Source: Nitrosopumilus sp.
GTDB taxonomy: Archaea; Thermoproteota; Nitrososphaeria; Nitrososphaerales; Nitrosopumilaceae
Assembly: GCA_963662625.1 (NCBI GenBank)
Contig: OY759726.1
Span: 1,664,001-1,728,000, forward strand
Length of the DNA: 64,000 nt
Reading direction: 5' to 3'
In this document: positions 19,977-31,973 of the stretch, piece after piece
How the letters are laid out: every line of letters begins with the position of its first letter
How positions within the stretch are numbered: the first letter of the stretch is position 1
Position numbers and translations under genes: made by a program
The notes under the pieces: generated by a model
Seen by the model: the letters and a program-made list of their open reading frames with translations, nothing else
Told to the model about the DNA's origin: nothing
The model's database searches: none

Positions 19977-22900
19977 GCTTCAATGGGGCCGTAACTTCTA
20001 CGTTACGGAAATACGGCGGTACAGGCCGCGACGTCCCAGGAGGGCCGGTGGCTTCAATGGGGCCGTAACTTCTACGTTACGGAAATAAGTGAACGTTAAG
20101 CGCGGTTACTCGGTAGGACAGACGCTTCAATGGGGCCGTAACTTCTACGTTACGGAAATCCGTACGCGCCGCAGAGGCAGTCGCCCGAAATCGAGCTTCA
20201 ATGGGGCCGTAACTTCTACGTTACGGAAATCCACGGCTGGGGCGGAGCGGTCCTCTACCAGGCAGTGCTTCAATGGGGCCGTAACTTCTACGTTACGGAA
20301 ATCCCGACGACTCCCCGGTCCGGTGCCCCCGGTGCCGGCTTCAATGGGGCCGTAACTTCTACGTTACGGAAATATCAGTCCGGCGATGTAGTCGTCACCG
20401 AGCTCGCGCTTCAATGGGGCCGTAACTTCTACGTTACGGAAATCATAGGATCCGTCCCGGAGCTGAGCGCCCTCCGACCGCTTCAATGGGGCCGTAACTT
20501 CTACGTTACGGAAATCAAGCAGAAGCCCAAGCTCAAGCAGAAGCCCAAGCAGCTTCAATGGGGCCGTAACTTCTACGTTACGGAAATTGGAAAAGAACGA
20601 CGTGCACCCCGACTGCTTCCTTTAGCTTCAATGGGGCCGTAACTTCTACGTTACGGAAATCCGGGAGCAGTGGATAACGGATCAGTACGCAGGCATAGCT
20701 TCAATGGGGCCGTAACTTCTACGTTACGGAAATCGAATCCGCGCGAGATCCTGGACTTCGCCGCGTGGGCTTCAATGGGGCCGTAACTTCTACGTTACGG
20801 AAATCGTAGCACCGGTCCGCGTCTATTCCCCTCGCCTGCCTGCTTCAATGGGGCCGTAACTTCTACGTTACGGAAATCGTTGAGCGTCTCGCGCTTTGCC
20901 CGGGCCCGCACAAGCTTCAATGGGGCCGTAACTTCTACGTTACGGAAATCTGCGCGTGGTGGGACGCATGGGGGAATAAGAACAGCTTCAATGGGGCCGT
21001 AACTTCTACGTTACGGAAATCCGAGACCAACCTGTCCGGGGGCGCGGACGGCCCGGCGCTTCAATGGGGCCGTAACTTCTACGTTACGGAAATACCACGC
21101 TTGGGTGGAGGCGGCCCCCTAAACGGGCGCTTCAATGGGGCCGTAACTTCTACGTTACGGAAATAGAGGCTGGGGCAGAGGGAATGTGACGTGATACAGG
21201 GCTTCAATGGGGCCGTAACTTCTACGTTACGGAAATGAACAATTTTACTTCTGGGGTGTTCATGAAGTCCTCGCTTCAATGGGGCCGTAACTTCTACGTT
21301 ACGGAAATAACGTCACGGCGGAGCTGCACCGCGCCCCGAAGCAGCTTCAATGGGGCCGTAACTTCTACGTTACGGAAATCCGGGTGCGGGCGGTGAAGAC
21401 CAAGCTCAACCGCATCTCGCTTCAATGGGGCCGTAACTTCTACGTTACGGAAATAAAATGTCCGGCGCATGGCCATCTATCCCGACTTCTCGCTTCAATG
21501 GGGCCGTAACTTCTACGTTACGGAAATTCCTCACCTTCAGGCACCGACCCCCAGGGGAGGATGGCTTCAATGGGGCCGTAACTTCTACGTTACGGAAATC
21601 TAATACCGCCGGGATCTCCTGCGCCGCCTGCGATAGGCGCTTCAATGGGGCCGTAACTTCTACGTTACGGAAATAGTGCGCAAACGGTGGTATGGCATGG
21701 AAGCAAGACGCTTCAATGGGGCCGTAACTTCTACGTTACGGAAATGTCTCAAAGCAGGTGTCACTTCAGGAAGAGAAAGGCCGGCTTCAATGGGGCCGTA
21801 ACTTCTACGTTACGGAAATGTTCCAACCATGCCTTTTTTCCGTAATGCCAAAATAGCTTCAATGGGGCCGTAACTTCTACGTTACGGAAATTCATGGCGT
21901 CCAAAAACTGCCTCTGCATCAACTCCATGCTTCAATGGGGCCGTAACTTCTACGTTACGGAAATCAAGGAGCTCCTGGTATACTCCACGATCGAAGTGGA
22001 GCTTCAATGGGGCCGTAACTTCTACGTTACGGAAATTCTTGAAGGCTTTGAACAACTACTGAAAAAGGAGGGGCTTCAATGGGGCCGTAACTTCTACGTT
22101 ACGGAAATCCCGACGACACCGTGCAGCAGACCCCGGAGGGGATACGCTTCAATGGGGCCGTAACTTCTACGTTACGGAAATCATAGCTGCCATATCGGAT
22201 GGCCTTGGCCTTGGACATGCTTCAATGGGGCCGTAACTTCTACGTTACGGAAATGACCGTGCTGGGCGCCCTCCGCGCGCGGCTGAGGCGGCTTCAATGG
22301 GGCCGTAACTTCTACGTTACGGAAATCCGTCCAGCGCTGGCTGGACGCGATGATGGTGGGCGGCTTCAATGGGGCCGTAACTTCTACGTTACGGAAATCT
22401 CAACGCTCTTCAAAGCCGCAGGTCTTAACTAATGGCTTCAATGGGGCCGTAACTTCTACGTTACGGAAATCCCTTTTTTATCCCCGGCGCGCAGGGACGG
22501 CATGGCAGCTTCAATGGGGCCGTAACTTCTACGTTACGGAAATCTCGCTGGGCCGCGGCTCCATAGCCGTGTCCGGCGCCGCTTCAATGGGGCCGTAACT
22601 TCTACGTTACGGAAATTACGCAAGTGGATCCGCCACCATGACCGGGCGGCGGCTTCAATGGGGCCGTAACTTCTACGTTACGGAAATGAGCTCTTGGGCC
22701 TCGAGGCGGCGCTAGAAAGTGATGCTTCAATGGGGCCGTAACTTCTACGTTACGGAAATCTGGAGTGGGACGGCAAGCAGTACGCCGCCACGGCGGAGCT
22801 TCAATGGGGCCGTAACTTCTACGTTACGGAAATCTTGTGCAGGCACACGACCCGGACTCCGCCCCACTTAGCTTCAATGGGGCCGTAACTTCTACGTTAC

Positions 22901-25900
22901 GGAAATCCAGCACCAGCGGCAGGGCCTGCCGCGCAAATACGCCGCTTCAATGGGGCCGTAACTTCTACGTTACGGAAATCAAATATCGCCGTTGACGCGG
23001 CCCTGACATACGCTGCTTCAATGGGGCCGTAACTTCTACGTTACGGAAATCCGCGGACTTTGAGGCGCGTTGGAGGGCGGGGGTCGCTTCAATGGGGCCG
23101 TAACTTCTACGTTACGGAAATCCACGGTCCAGGGTGACCGGGGCGAGATAGTGGTGGAGCTTCAATGGGGCCGTAACTTCTACGTTACGGAAATCTGACA
23201 TCATAGCAGAGATCCAGCCCAAACTCCAAGGCTTCAATGGGGCCGTAACTTCTACGTTACGGAAATTGTGAAAAAGTCGGCGGTGGCCCGCTCGCGCGAA
23301 GCGGCGCTTCAATGGGGCCGTAACTTCTACGTTACGGAAATCCGCCCAGGTCCCCGGGCGGCCAGCAGCTGCTGCTGCTTCAATGGGGCCGTAACTTCTA
23401 CGTTACGGAAATCGTGCGAGTACGGCGTGATCCCGCAAGTGTTGGAGTCGCTTCAATGGGGCCGTAACTTCTACGTTACGGAAATATTCCGTCGTGCGTC
23501 CCGAGCACGTCCGCGTATTGATGCTTCAATGGGGCCGTAACTTCTACGTTACGGAAATGTCAATCTTCATGGTTCGAAGGAGATCAGTCATGGTCTGCTT
23601 CAATGGGGCCGTAACTTCTACGTTACGGAAATTCCGATATCGCGTGGCCCTCCACGAAGAACTGCGGGGGCTTCAATGGGGCCGTAACTTCTACGTTACG
23701 GAAATGGCGGCGAGCAGCTCCATCCAAAAGACGCTAAACGACATAGCTTCAATGGGGCCGTAACTTCTACGTTACGGAAATGTCCTCCGCGCCGAGGTAG
23801 CGGAGAGAGTCGTCGCAGCTTCAATGGGGCCGTAACTTCTACGTTACGGAAATCATCATGGCGCGTGGGGGACCGAGGGCAGCCGGGGTGCGCTTCAATG
23901 GGGCCGTAACTTCTACGTTACGGAAATACCACGGCCCGGAAGCAATTGAACGCGGTGCTGATGCTTCAATGGGGCCGTAACTTCTACGTTACGGAAATCT
24001 CGGGGGTGCGGGCACCCCGGCAGAGTCCAGGACGAGCTTCAATGGGGCCGTAACTTCTACGTTACGGAAATATAAGCGCCTCTGGCTGGACGAACTGAGC
24101 CGCCTGCGGCTTCAATGGGGCCGTAACTTCTACGTTACGGAAATTGACGAGGACGACCATGCCGACGAGCCGTTCAGGTTTGGCTTCAATGGGGCCGTAA
24201 CTTCTACGTTACGGAAATCTGGCCGCCATGCCTGGCGGGGAGGCCGAACTGGACCGCTTCAATGGGGCCGTAACTTCTACGTTACGGAAATCGGGCGCGG
24301 CCCGATCCAGAGCGGGCGGGTCCTGACGGCTTCAATGGGGCCGTAACTTCTACGTTACGGAAATCTCATGACCGACGCGGAGCGCGACGGCGTACTAGCC
24401 GCTTCAATGGGGCCGTAACTTCTACGTTACGGAAATTGGGAGTGCGCCGGGCGGAGCTCGACGCCGATGCGGAGCTTCAATGGGGCCGTAACTTCTACGT
24501 TACGGAAATCGCTGGCCGACACCGCGCTGGGGGGCGAGCTCGGGAGGCTTCAATGGGGCCGTAACTTCTACGTTACGGAAATTCGGCAAACGTCGTGGTG
24601 TTCGTCTCCGGGGCCGCCGCTTCAATGGGGCCGTAACTTCTACGTTACGGAAATCTCCGCCTGGCGACATACCCGTCGGGCGCCGTGAAGCTTCAATGGG
24701 GCCGTAACTTCTACGTTACGGAAATGGCGGCCCAAAACTTCCCAAGCTGACCGAGTCGGAAGCTTCAATGGGGCCGTAACTTCTACGTTACGGAAATCCC
24801 ACACGGCGATCCAGCCCAGCATCACCACGGGCAAGCTTCAATGGGGCCGTAACTTCTACGTTACGGAAATATGGCAGACGACATTGGCGCGTGGGTCAGC
24901 ACCCTCCTTGCTTCAATGGGGCCGTAACTTCTACGTTACGGAAATCTGCGTGACGACGTCACCAAACAGTTTCACATTTAGCTTCAATGGGGCCGTAACT
25001 TCTACGTTACGGAAATGTCCTTTTTTTCTTCGCCGTCGCGGTCCAGGTGCGCGGCTTCAATGGGGCCGTAACTTCTACGTTACGGAAATCTGACCCATCA
25101 ACTGCTCATAACTCGGTTGGAAGGTGCTTCAATGGGGCCGTAACTTCTACGTTACGGAAATCGCGCCGGTGCCGCTGTCCGCTGGCGAATCACTGCAAGT
25201 GCTTCAATGGGGCCGTAACTTCTACGTTACGGAAATCGCCGCGACCCGGCCCCGCACTGGTCGGGCGAGCTGGGCTTCAATGGGGCCGTAACTTCTACGT
25301 TACGGAAATACCGACATGCCGGTGGAGCGCGTCCCCGGCCCGTACGCTTCAATGGGGCCGTAACTTCTACGTTACGGAAATGTCGGGCGTGGTGTATACC
25401 GTCACCGTCACCGCGACGCTTCAATGGGGCCGTAACTTCTACGTTACGGAAATCGTCCCGTTCCCGGGCGCGCCGTTGGCATCGTACAGGCTTCAATGGG
25501 GCCGTAACTTCTACGTTACGGAAATCACGCCGGCGGGAACATGGCAGACGCCGCGTCTTGGCAGCTTCAATGGGGCCGTAACTTCTACGTTACGGAAATT
25601 TGAACTTGGGAACCTTGACTCCATCCGGTAAATGTGGCTTCAATGGGGCCGTAACTTCTACGTTACGGAAATGCCGTCAGGCATCGCCTCTCTGCACGGC
25701 GCGCGCCAGGCTTCAATGGGGCCGTAACTTCTACGTTACGGAAATAGGCTAAGGCCCGACCAGGACACCAAGTCGGAACAGCTTCAATGGGGCCGTAACT
25801 TCTACGTTACGGAAATCTGGTGCTGGAACACCGGGACCTTGACCGCGGTGCCGCTTCAATGGGGCCGTAACTTCTACGTTACGGAAATTAGACAGGAAGG

Positions 25901-28900
25901 AGTCGCGGCGGCTGGCGAAGGGCAGCTTCAATGGGGCCGTAACTTCTACGTTACGGAAATTTCTGTCGCGTTTTCCATATGCATGTGAGAGTTGATGCCG
26001 CTTCAATGGGGCCGTAACTTCTACGTTACGGAAATAGTTCGCCCGCGCCCGGTATTCCGACGGCATGGACATGGCTTCAATGGGGCCGTAACTTCTACGT
26101 TACGGAAATCGGCAACGGCATCACGGTGCAGGTGCTGGCTCCGTCGCTTCAATGGGGCCGTAACTTCTACGTTACGGAAATGACTTTGTGACGTGCCCGT
26201 CCTCGTCGCGCGTGCTCGCTTCAATGGGGCCGTAACTTCTACGTTACGGAAATGACAGGAAAAATACGCCGCCGGGTTCCGCTACATGGCTTCAATGGGG
26301 CCGTAACTTCTACGTTACGGAAATAAGGCTGGGAATCTCCGTGCGGGCGCTCGGCATGATGCTTCAATGGGGCCGTAACTTCTACGTTACGGAAATAGGG
26401 AGGAGGGTGCCTAGTGCACCCCTCCGACTCTGGCTTCAATGGGGCCGTAACTTCTACGTTACGGAAATAATATCACAATAATCCAATATATTCGGTTGTG
26501 CCAGCTTCAATGGGGCCGTAACTTCTACGTTACGGAAATCCCGCGGGGGCCCCGTTGGCAATGCTCGCCGTAGCTAGCTTCAATGGGGCCGTAACTTCTA
26601 CGTTACGGAAATCATCATAATCTTCTGGAAATGCGAGCCTAATCGGGATGCTTCAATGGGGCCGTAACTTCTACGTTACGGAAATCACCAGACGGGGAAC
26701 GGAACAACGCGATCGCGTAATAGCTTCAATGGGGCCGTAACTTCTACGTTACGGAAATGTGATGGACGGGTGCCAACTGGATTCCCCCGAACTACGGCTT
26801 CAATGGGGCCGTAACTTCTACGTTACGGAAATTGGGGTGAGCGTGGGAATGACCGCGTCGTGCCGCCGCGCTTCAATGGGGCCGTAACTTCTACGTTACG
26901 GAAATCTGCGTGACGACGTGAGCAAACAGTTTCACCTTTAGCTTCAATGGGGCCGTAACTTCTACGTTACGGAAATGCCATGACGACGTGGAGGGCCTGG
27001 GTGCTCAGGCACGGGCTTCAATGGGGCCGTAACTTCTACGTTACGGAAATCTCCTCGACGCATACGAGTGGCGGGTAGTATTGCTCGCTTCAATGGGGCC
27101 GTAACTTCTACGTTACGGAAATCCGCGACGGGGTGCACCCACGTCGGCCCAGAGTGTGAGCTTCAATGGGGCCGTAACTTCTACGTTACGGAAATTTCAC
27201 CAGGTCCGCATTCGTGACCTTCCCGGCGTCGCTTCAATGGGGCCGTAACTTCTACGTTACGGAAATGGGCATCCGGCACGCATGTACGCTATCAGCTCGC
27301 CGACGCTTCAATGGGGCCGTAACTTCTACGTTACGGAAATTTCCGTCGTGCGGCCCGAGCACGTCCGCGTGCTGCTGCTTCAATGGGGCCGTAACTTCTA
27401 CGTTACGGAAATCGCCCTGAAGTCCGTCAAACTCGGCAAGCTGAGCCTGCTTCAATGGGGCCGTAACTTCTACGTTACGGAAATGGGGGGTTGAAAATTG
27501 GGAGTCTCTGGTCACGGACGGCTTCAATGGGGCCGTAACTTCTACGTTACGGAAATCACATTTACAAGATGGAGTCGAGGTTCCCGTCATCGCTTCAATG
27601 GGGCCGTAACTTCTACGTTACGGAAATCCGCGCCATACCCGCGTTGCCCGCGCCACCGGAGCCGGCTTCAATGGGGCCGTAACTTCTACGTTACGGAAAT
27701 ATCCGCTCCTACCAGCGCGCCCACAAGCGGTTCCTCGCTTCAATGGGGCCGTAACTTCTACGTTACGGAAATCGGCTGATCGCCTCGAAGGCACCACCAC
27801 CACAAGAAATGCTTCAATGGGGCCGTAACTTCTACGTTACGGAAATCACGTCGCAATCCTCATGCCAGGACGCCGCCCCCTCGCTTCAATGGGGCCGTAA
27901 CTTCTACGTTACGGAAATTGGCCATGCGCTCCTTCTGCTCCTGGGCGTATTCATCGCTTCAATGGGGCCGTAACTTCTACGTTACGGAAATCACGACGAT
28001 AGGCAAGATGCTGGAGCAGGCGTTCGGTGCTTCAATGGGGCCGTAACTTCTACGTTACGGAAATCCGCCCGTCGCGGCCCTGAATCCCGGCACCACGACA
28101 TGCTTCAATGGGGCCGTAACTTCTACGTTACGGAAATGACCAGATGCAACACGCGCTCGACGATGCTGTTGGCGGCTTCAATGGGGCCGTAACTTCTACG
28201 TTACGGAAATCAAAAAACGGCTCACCCGTGAGCAGAAGGCGCTACGGCTTCAATGGGGCCGTAACTTCTACGTTACGGAAATTCGTCCAATCAGGTGCGT
28301 GCATTCCTCGCGCACCTTCCAGCTTCAATGGGGCCGTAACTTCTACGTTACGGAAATGCCAAGCTCAGTGCTGAACTTTGTCGCGACGCTCATCCGCTTC
28401 AATGGGGCCGTAACTTCTACGTTACGGAAATGGCCGCGTTTTTTGACGCGATGGCGCGGCTCGGCATCGCTTCAATGGGGCCGTAACTTCTACGTTACGG
28501 AAATCGCCGGGACCACCGGCGCGGCAACGTCATGGTGGCAAGGCTTCAATGGGGCCGTAACTTCTACGTTACGGAAATATCCCCTCCACATGGAAGGCCT
28601 GTTTGCGACTGGTGGGCTTCAATGGGGCCGTAACTTCTACGTTACGGAAATGACGCGCAGATCGCAGATATCTACCAGCGCGAGTATCCGCTTCAATGGG
28701 GCCGTAACTTCTACGTTACGGAAATTAGACAAGTGGTTGGTTCGGGTACCGCCGACGTGGGGGCTTCAATGGGGCCGTAACTTCTACGTTACGGAAATTG
28801 TGGAGGCAAGTGATTACGCCGCGGCGTTGCGCGGCGCTTCAATGGGGCCGTAACTTCTACGTTACGGAAATCAGGAGAAGGATTTCTTGTGGACTCATTG

Positions 28901-29742
28901 CCCCGTAAGGGCTTCAATGGGGCCGTAACTTCTACGTTACGGAAATCTGCGCAAGCGCATGATGCTGGATGCCGAGTACCCGGCTTCAATGGGGCCGTAA
29001 CTTCTACGTTACGGAAATAACGCATGGTGCGCCTTGCCCACCAGGCGGCGCGCGGCTTCAATGGGGCCGTAACTTCTACGTTACGGAAATGCTGGCCGGG
29101 CCATTCGCCGGCCTGACAGACCCCGTGCTTCAATGGGGCCGTAACTTCTACGTTACGGAAATCCGCCGGAGGGGGGCGACTCCGTCGAGATGTTGGCGCT
29201 TCAATGGGGCCGTAACTTCTACGTTACGGAAATGATTCAGGCGGGCCTGTATGCCAACTTGGGCCAAATTGCTTCAATGGGGCCGTAACTTCTACGTTAC
29301 GGAAATCAGCAGACCCCGGAGGGGATACGCATCCCCCCGGGGCTTCAATGGGGCCGTAACTTCTACGTTACGGAAATGGTTATGTGTCTATCGGTCATGG
29401 GCGCAACGTATGAGCTTCAATGGGGCCGTAACTTCTACGTTACGGAAATCGGCAGGAGGGGCAGTATTTCATTTGTTGCCCGTCAGCTTCAATGGGGCCG
29501 TAACTTCTACGTTACGGAAATTGGACACGGCCCACCTCATCTCGGAGGGGGAGGTAAAGGCTTCAATGGGGCCGTAACTTCTACGTTACGGAAATCAAAA
29601 TTATCCATCAGTCTTCCCTGGTTTCCTTGGCTTGCTTCAATGGGGCCGTAACTTCTACGTTACGGAAATCCCTCGACCTCGCGCAGGTGTACGAGGTGAG
29701 GGGAAAGCTTCAATGGGGCCGTAACTTCTACGTTACGGAAAT
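19977..29742 (-). CRISPR. CRISPR array, ~135 identical 36-bp repeats and ~134 spacers of ~34-40 bp; repeat (transcribed sense) ATTTCCGTAACGTAGAAGTTACGGCCCCATTGAAGC
   Basis: Plus-strand GCTTCAATGGGGCCGTAACTTCTACGTTACGGAAAT, hand-counted 135 times, with internal palindrome CCGTAAC/GTTACGG. The ATTGAAGC 3' end typical of I-G, the leader beside cas2 and the degenerate repeat at the far end indicate minus-strand transcription. Confidence 0.98.
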
Positions 29743-29917
29743 CCTGCCGCCGCGCCGACATCTGCCGCCGCGCCTTTGGTTTTCGGACGGTTCAGGCCCG
29801 GCGGCGGCGGTTTCGGCCAGCCGGGGAAGCGCGGGGCCGCGCTCCAGGCCTTCCTATATAAGATTCCTGCGAGCGCCGGCGCCTGCGCGGGGCGGGCCGC
29901 TGCTTCTCGCGGCCGGC
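29743..29917 (-). promoter_or_regulatory. CRISPR leader
   Basis: Non-coding gap between cas2 and the first repeat; isolated TATA-like CTTATATAGG (minus strand, ~29853-29862) in GC-rich sequence. Confidence 0.7.
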
Positions 29918-30205
29918 TCATATCACTATGGCGGCCTCCCTCTGCATGTCGAACGCGGCCCCGATGGTGCTGATCCTGCCGCCGCTCCTGTCCGCGGGGC
30001 CCACGTTGACTATCAGGATCCTGTCCTCTGCCAGGTTGAGCAGCCCCTCGAGGTCCTCCCTCATGATCACCACCTCCTTGTCGCTGAGGTCGCACGCGAA
30101 CACGGAGTACTGGACGGGATCCCCGTACCCGTTCATCTTCTTGTACGTCTGGGCCAGCCTCTTCTGGTCTGCCACGTCGTAGCACACGAGGTACCTGTTG
30201 CGCAA
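29918..30205 (-). CDS. cas2: Cas2
   Basis: YLVCYDVAD.KRL......M.GYG.PVQYSVF.C.L. Confidence 0.96.
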   Translation of the reverse strand: MRNRYLVCYDVADQKRLAQTYKKMNGYGDPVQYSVFACDLSDKEVVIMREDLEGLLNLAEDRILIVNVGPADRSGGRISTIGAAFDMQREAAIVI

Positions 30206-30209
30206 CCGC

Positions 30210-31874
30210 TCACCTCGTCCTGAACGCCGGGTATGCCGGGATCTCGCCGAGGACGTGCCTCGACAGCAGCCTTGCCTGCGTCTCCATGATTCGCCTGTAG
30301 CTTGCGGCGTACCCCAGGACGGGGTGCGCTATGGAGGAATCCATCCGCCTCTCGTACGCGCGTATCACCGTCCGCCTCCCGCCGTCAGTGAGGCTGACGC
30401 CAAACCCAGTCCTTACCAAGTCAGATGTGGTGATCTCGCCGTTGTTGATAAGTGTGATGCAGACCGAGTCGGCCACTATGGGCCGGAACTCCTCGATCAG
30501 GTCCAGCGCGAGCGCGGGCTTGCCGTACTTTGGCATGTGGAGGTACCCCATGTACGGGTCAAAGCCCACCGCGCTCACGGTGGTCATTGCCTGCCTTGCC
30601 AGCATCGAGTACAGGAACGACAGCATGGCGTTGACGGGGTCTAGCGGGGGCCTCCTGTTCCTCCCAGCAAAGTCAAAGTCCATGGAGCCGGACTTTACCA
30701 TGCCCGAGAACTCCGAAAAGTACATGCGTGCCGCCATCCCCTCTATGCCCAGGAGGGTCTTGTAATGCCTGGCAAGACGGGCGCGCTGGGCGAGCCCGTC
30801 GATCTCGCCTATCTTGTCCCTCGGGGGATCCCTGTGGTTTCTCCGCAGCATCGTGGCGCAGTTTCTTGCCTTCGCGAACACCATCTCGCGGGCTATGGCC
30901 ACGGACGCCGCCCCGTCCGCGTGCTTTCTGTGCTGGCATGCGCGGAGCTCCACGTTCTTGTGAGCCATGCCGGTGGTCATGCCGGTGAACCACCCGCCGT
31001 ACGTCATGTAGCATATGGGGATTCCCCTGTTGCACAGCTCGCGCACCGCCTGCGTGGTCACCTGCACGTTGCCGAAGACGGTGAGCTCGGAGACGTCGAT
31101 CAGCCTGACCTTCCTCACCTGCTCGTCTTTTTTCACGTGCAGGCAGTCGCCGTGCTTCGACACGTACGATCCCTGCTCCTGCACGTACATCGGGACCGCG
31201 TCGTTCCTGGCAGGGTACATCCTGCGCACCCTCCCCCGGTCGGTATCCCCGCCGCCGCCCGAGAGCATGGCGGTCTCGTCAGGCAGGCATATCCCCACGA
31301 GCGAGCAGCGCGGGCACTTTGGGCTGTCTACCAAGGGGGGCGGGATGGCGCCATTCCCCGCCATCTCCCTCATCTCCTTTAGCATCAGGAGCGTCTTCTC
31401 CACGGTCCCCTCGTCCAGGTCCACCTCGACGCGCTGCCTCGATGCGATATAGTAGACTATCCCCTTGGTGCATGTGTACCCGTTCGCGCGGAGCAGCAGC
31501 CCCTGCGCGCACACCTGCACCACGTGATCCTCGTGCGTCCTGCCCGGGTTCTTCGGGACCGTCCCGCGCTTGTACTCCACCGGCGTGGCCACGTCCCCCT
31601 CGATCTCGAGCAGGTCCATCTTGGATATCATCCCGAGCCCGGCGTCTGACAGCGTGATGGACCTCGCGTGGATCCTTTCGCCCCCGCCCTCGGGCTTTCC
31701 CGCCCCGGACTTCCTGTCCACGTTCCTGTGGCCGTACCTGCCCTCGACCACCTCTGCGTTATACGCGAACTCCCCCTGGACCCACTCCATGTACGCCAGC
31801 CGCTTGCAGTACGCGTACTGCGAAAGCATCCTGACTGGCACGAGATCGGGGCCGCCGATCTTTGGCATGCTCAC
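30210..31874 (-). CDS. cas1: Cas4-Cas1 fusion
   Basis: N-terminal Cas4 (YCKR, D.LE...PVEYKRG, CPRCSLVGICLP); C-terminal Cas1 (LLGIEG.AA..YF, RNRRPP.DPVNAMLSFLY, GYLH, ALDLIEEFRP). Confidence 0.96.
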   Translation of the reverse strand: MSMPKIGGPDLVPVRMLSQYAYCKRLAYMEWVQGEFAYNAEVVEGRYGHRNVDRKSGAGKPEGGGERIHARSITLSDAGLGMISKMDLLEIEGDVATPVEYKRGTVPKNPGRTHEDHVVQVCAQGLLLRANGYTCTKGIVYYIASRQRVEVDLDEGTVEKTLLMLKEMREMAGNGAIPPPLVDSPKCPRCSLVGICLPDETAMLSGGGGDTDRGRVRRMYPARNDAVPMYVQEQGSYVSKHGDCLHVKKDEQVRKVRLIDVSELTVFGNVQVTTQAVRELCNRGIPICYMTYGGWFTGMTTGMAHKNVELRACQHRKHADGAASVAIAREMVFAKARNCATMLRRNHRDPPRDKIGEIDGLAQRARLARHYKTLLGIEGMAARMYFSEFSGMVKSGSMDFDFAGRNRRPPLDPVNAMLSFLYSMLARQAMTTVSAVGFDPYMGYLHMPKYGKPALALDLIEEFRPIVADSVCITLINNGEITTSDLVRTGFGVSLTDGGRRTVIRAYERRMDSSIAHPVLGYAASYRRIMETQARLLSRHVLGEIPAYPAFRTR

Positions 31875-31973
31875 CCATGTCCATGCGGGCCAGTGCTAAA
31901 TAAGTGCGACCCGGCACCAGCCCGCGCAGGCGCGGCCGGCTCGCCGGGGGCCTGGCCCGCGCGCACGCGCCGC

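Noticed and set aside
20516-20551. Spacer with an internal 18-nt tandem repeat (KQKPKL KQKPKQ)
   Set aside because: Most simply derived from a repetitive coding target; no further structure.
21965-22000. Spacer sharing AAGGAGCTCCTGG with the IS5 transposase
   Set aside because: Only 13 nt match. No convincing self-targeting spacer was seen in the window, but the search was by eye and not exhaustive.
20089-29651. Many ORFs containing LQWGRNFYVTE / FNGAVTSTLRK / FRNVEVTAPLK
   Set aside because: These are translations of the CRISPR repeat, not genes.
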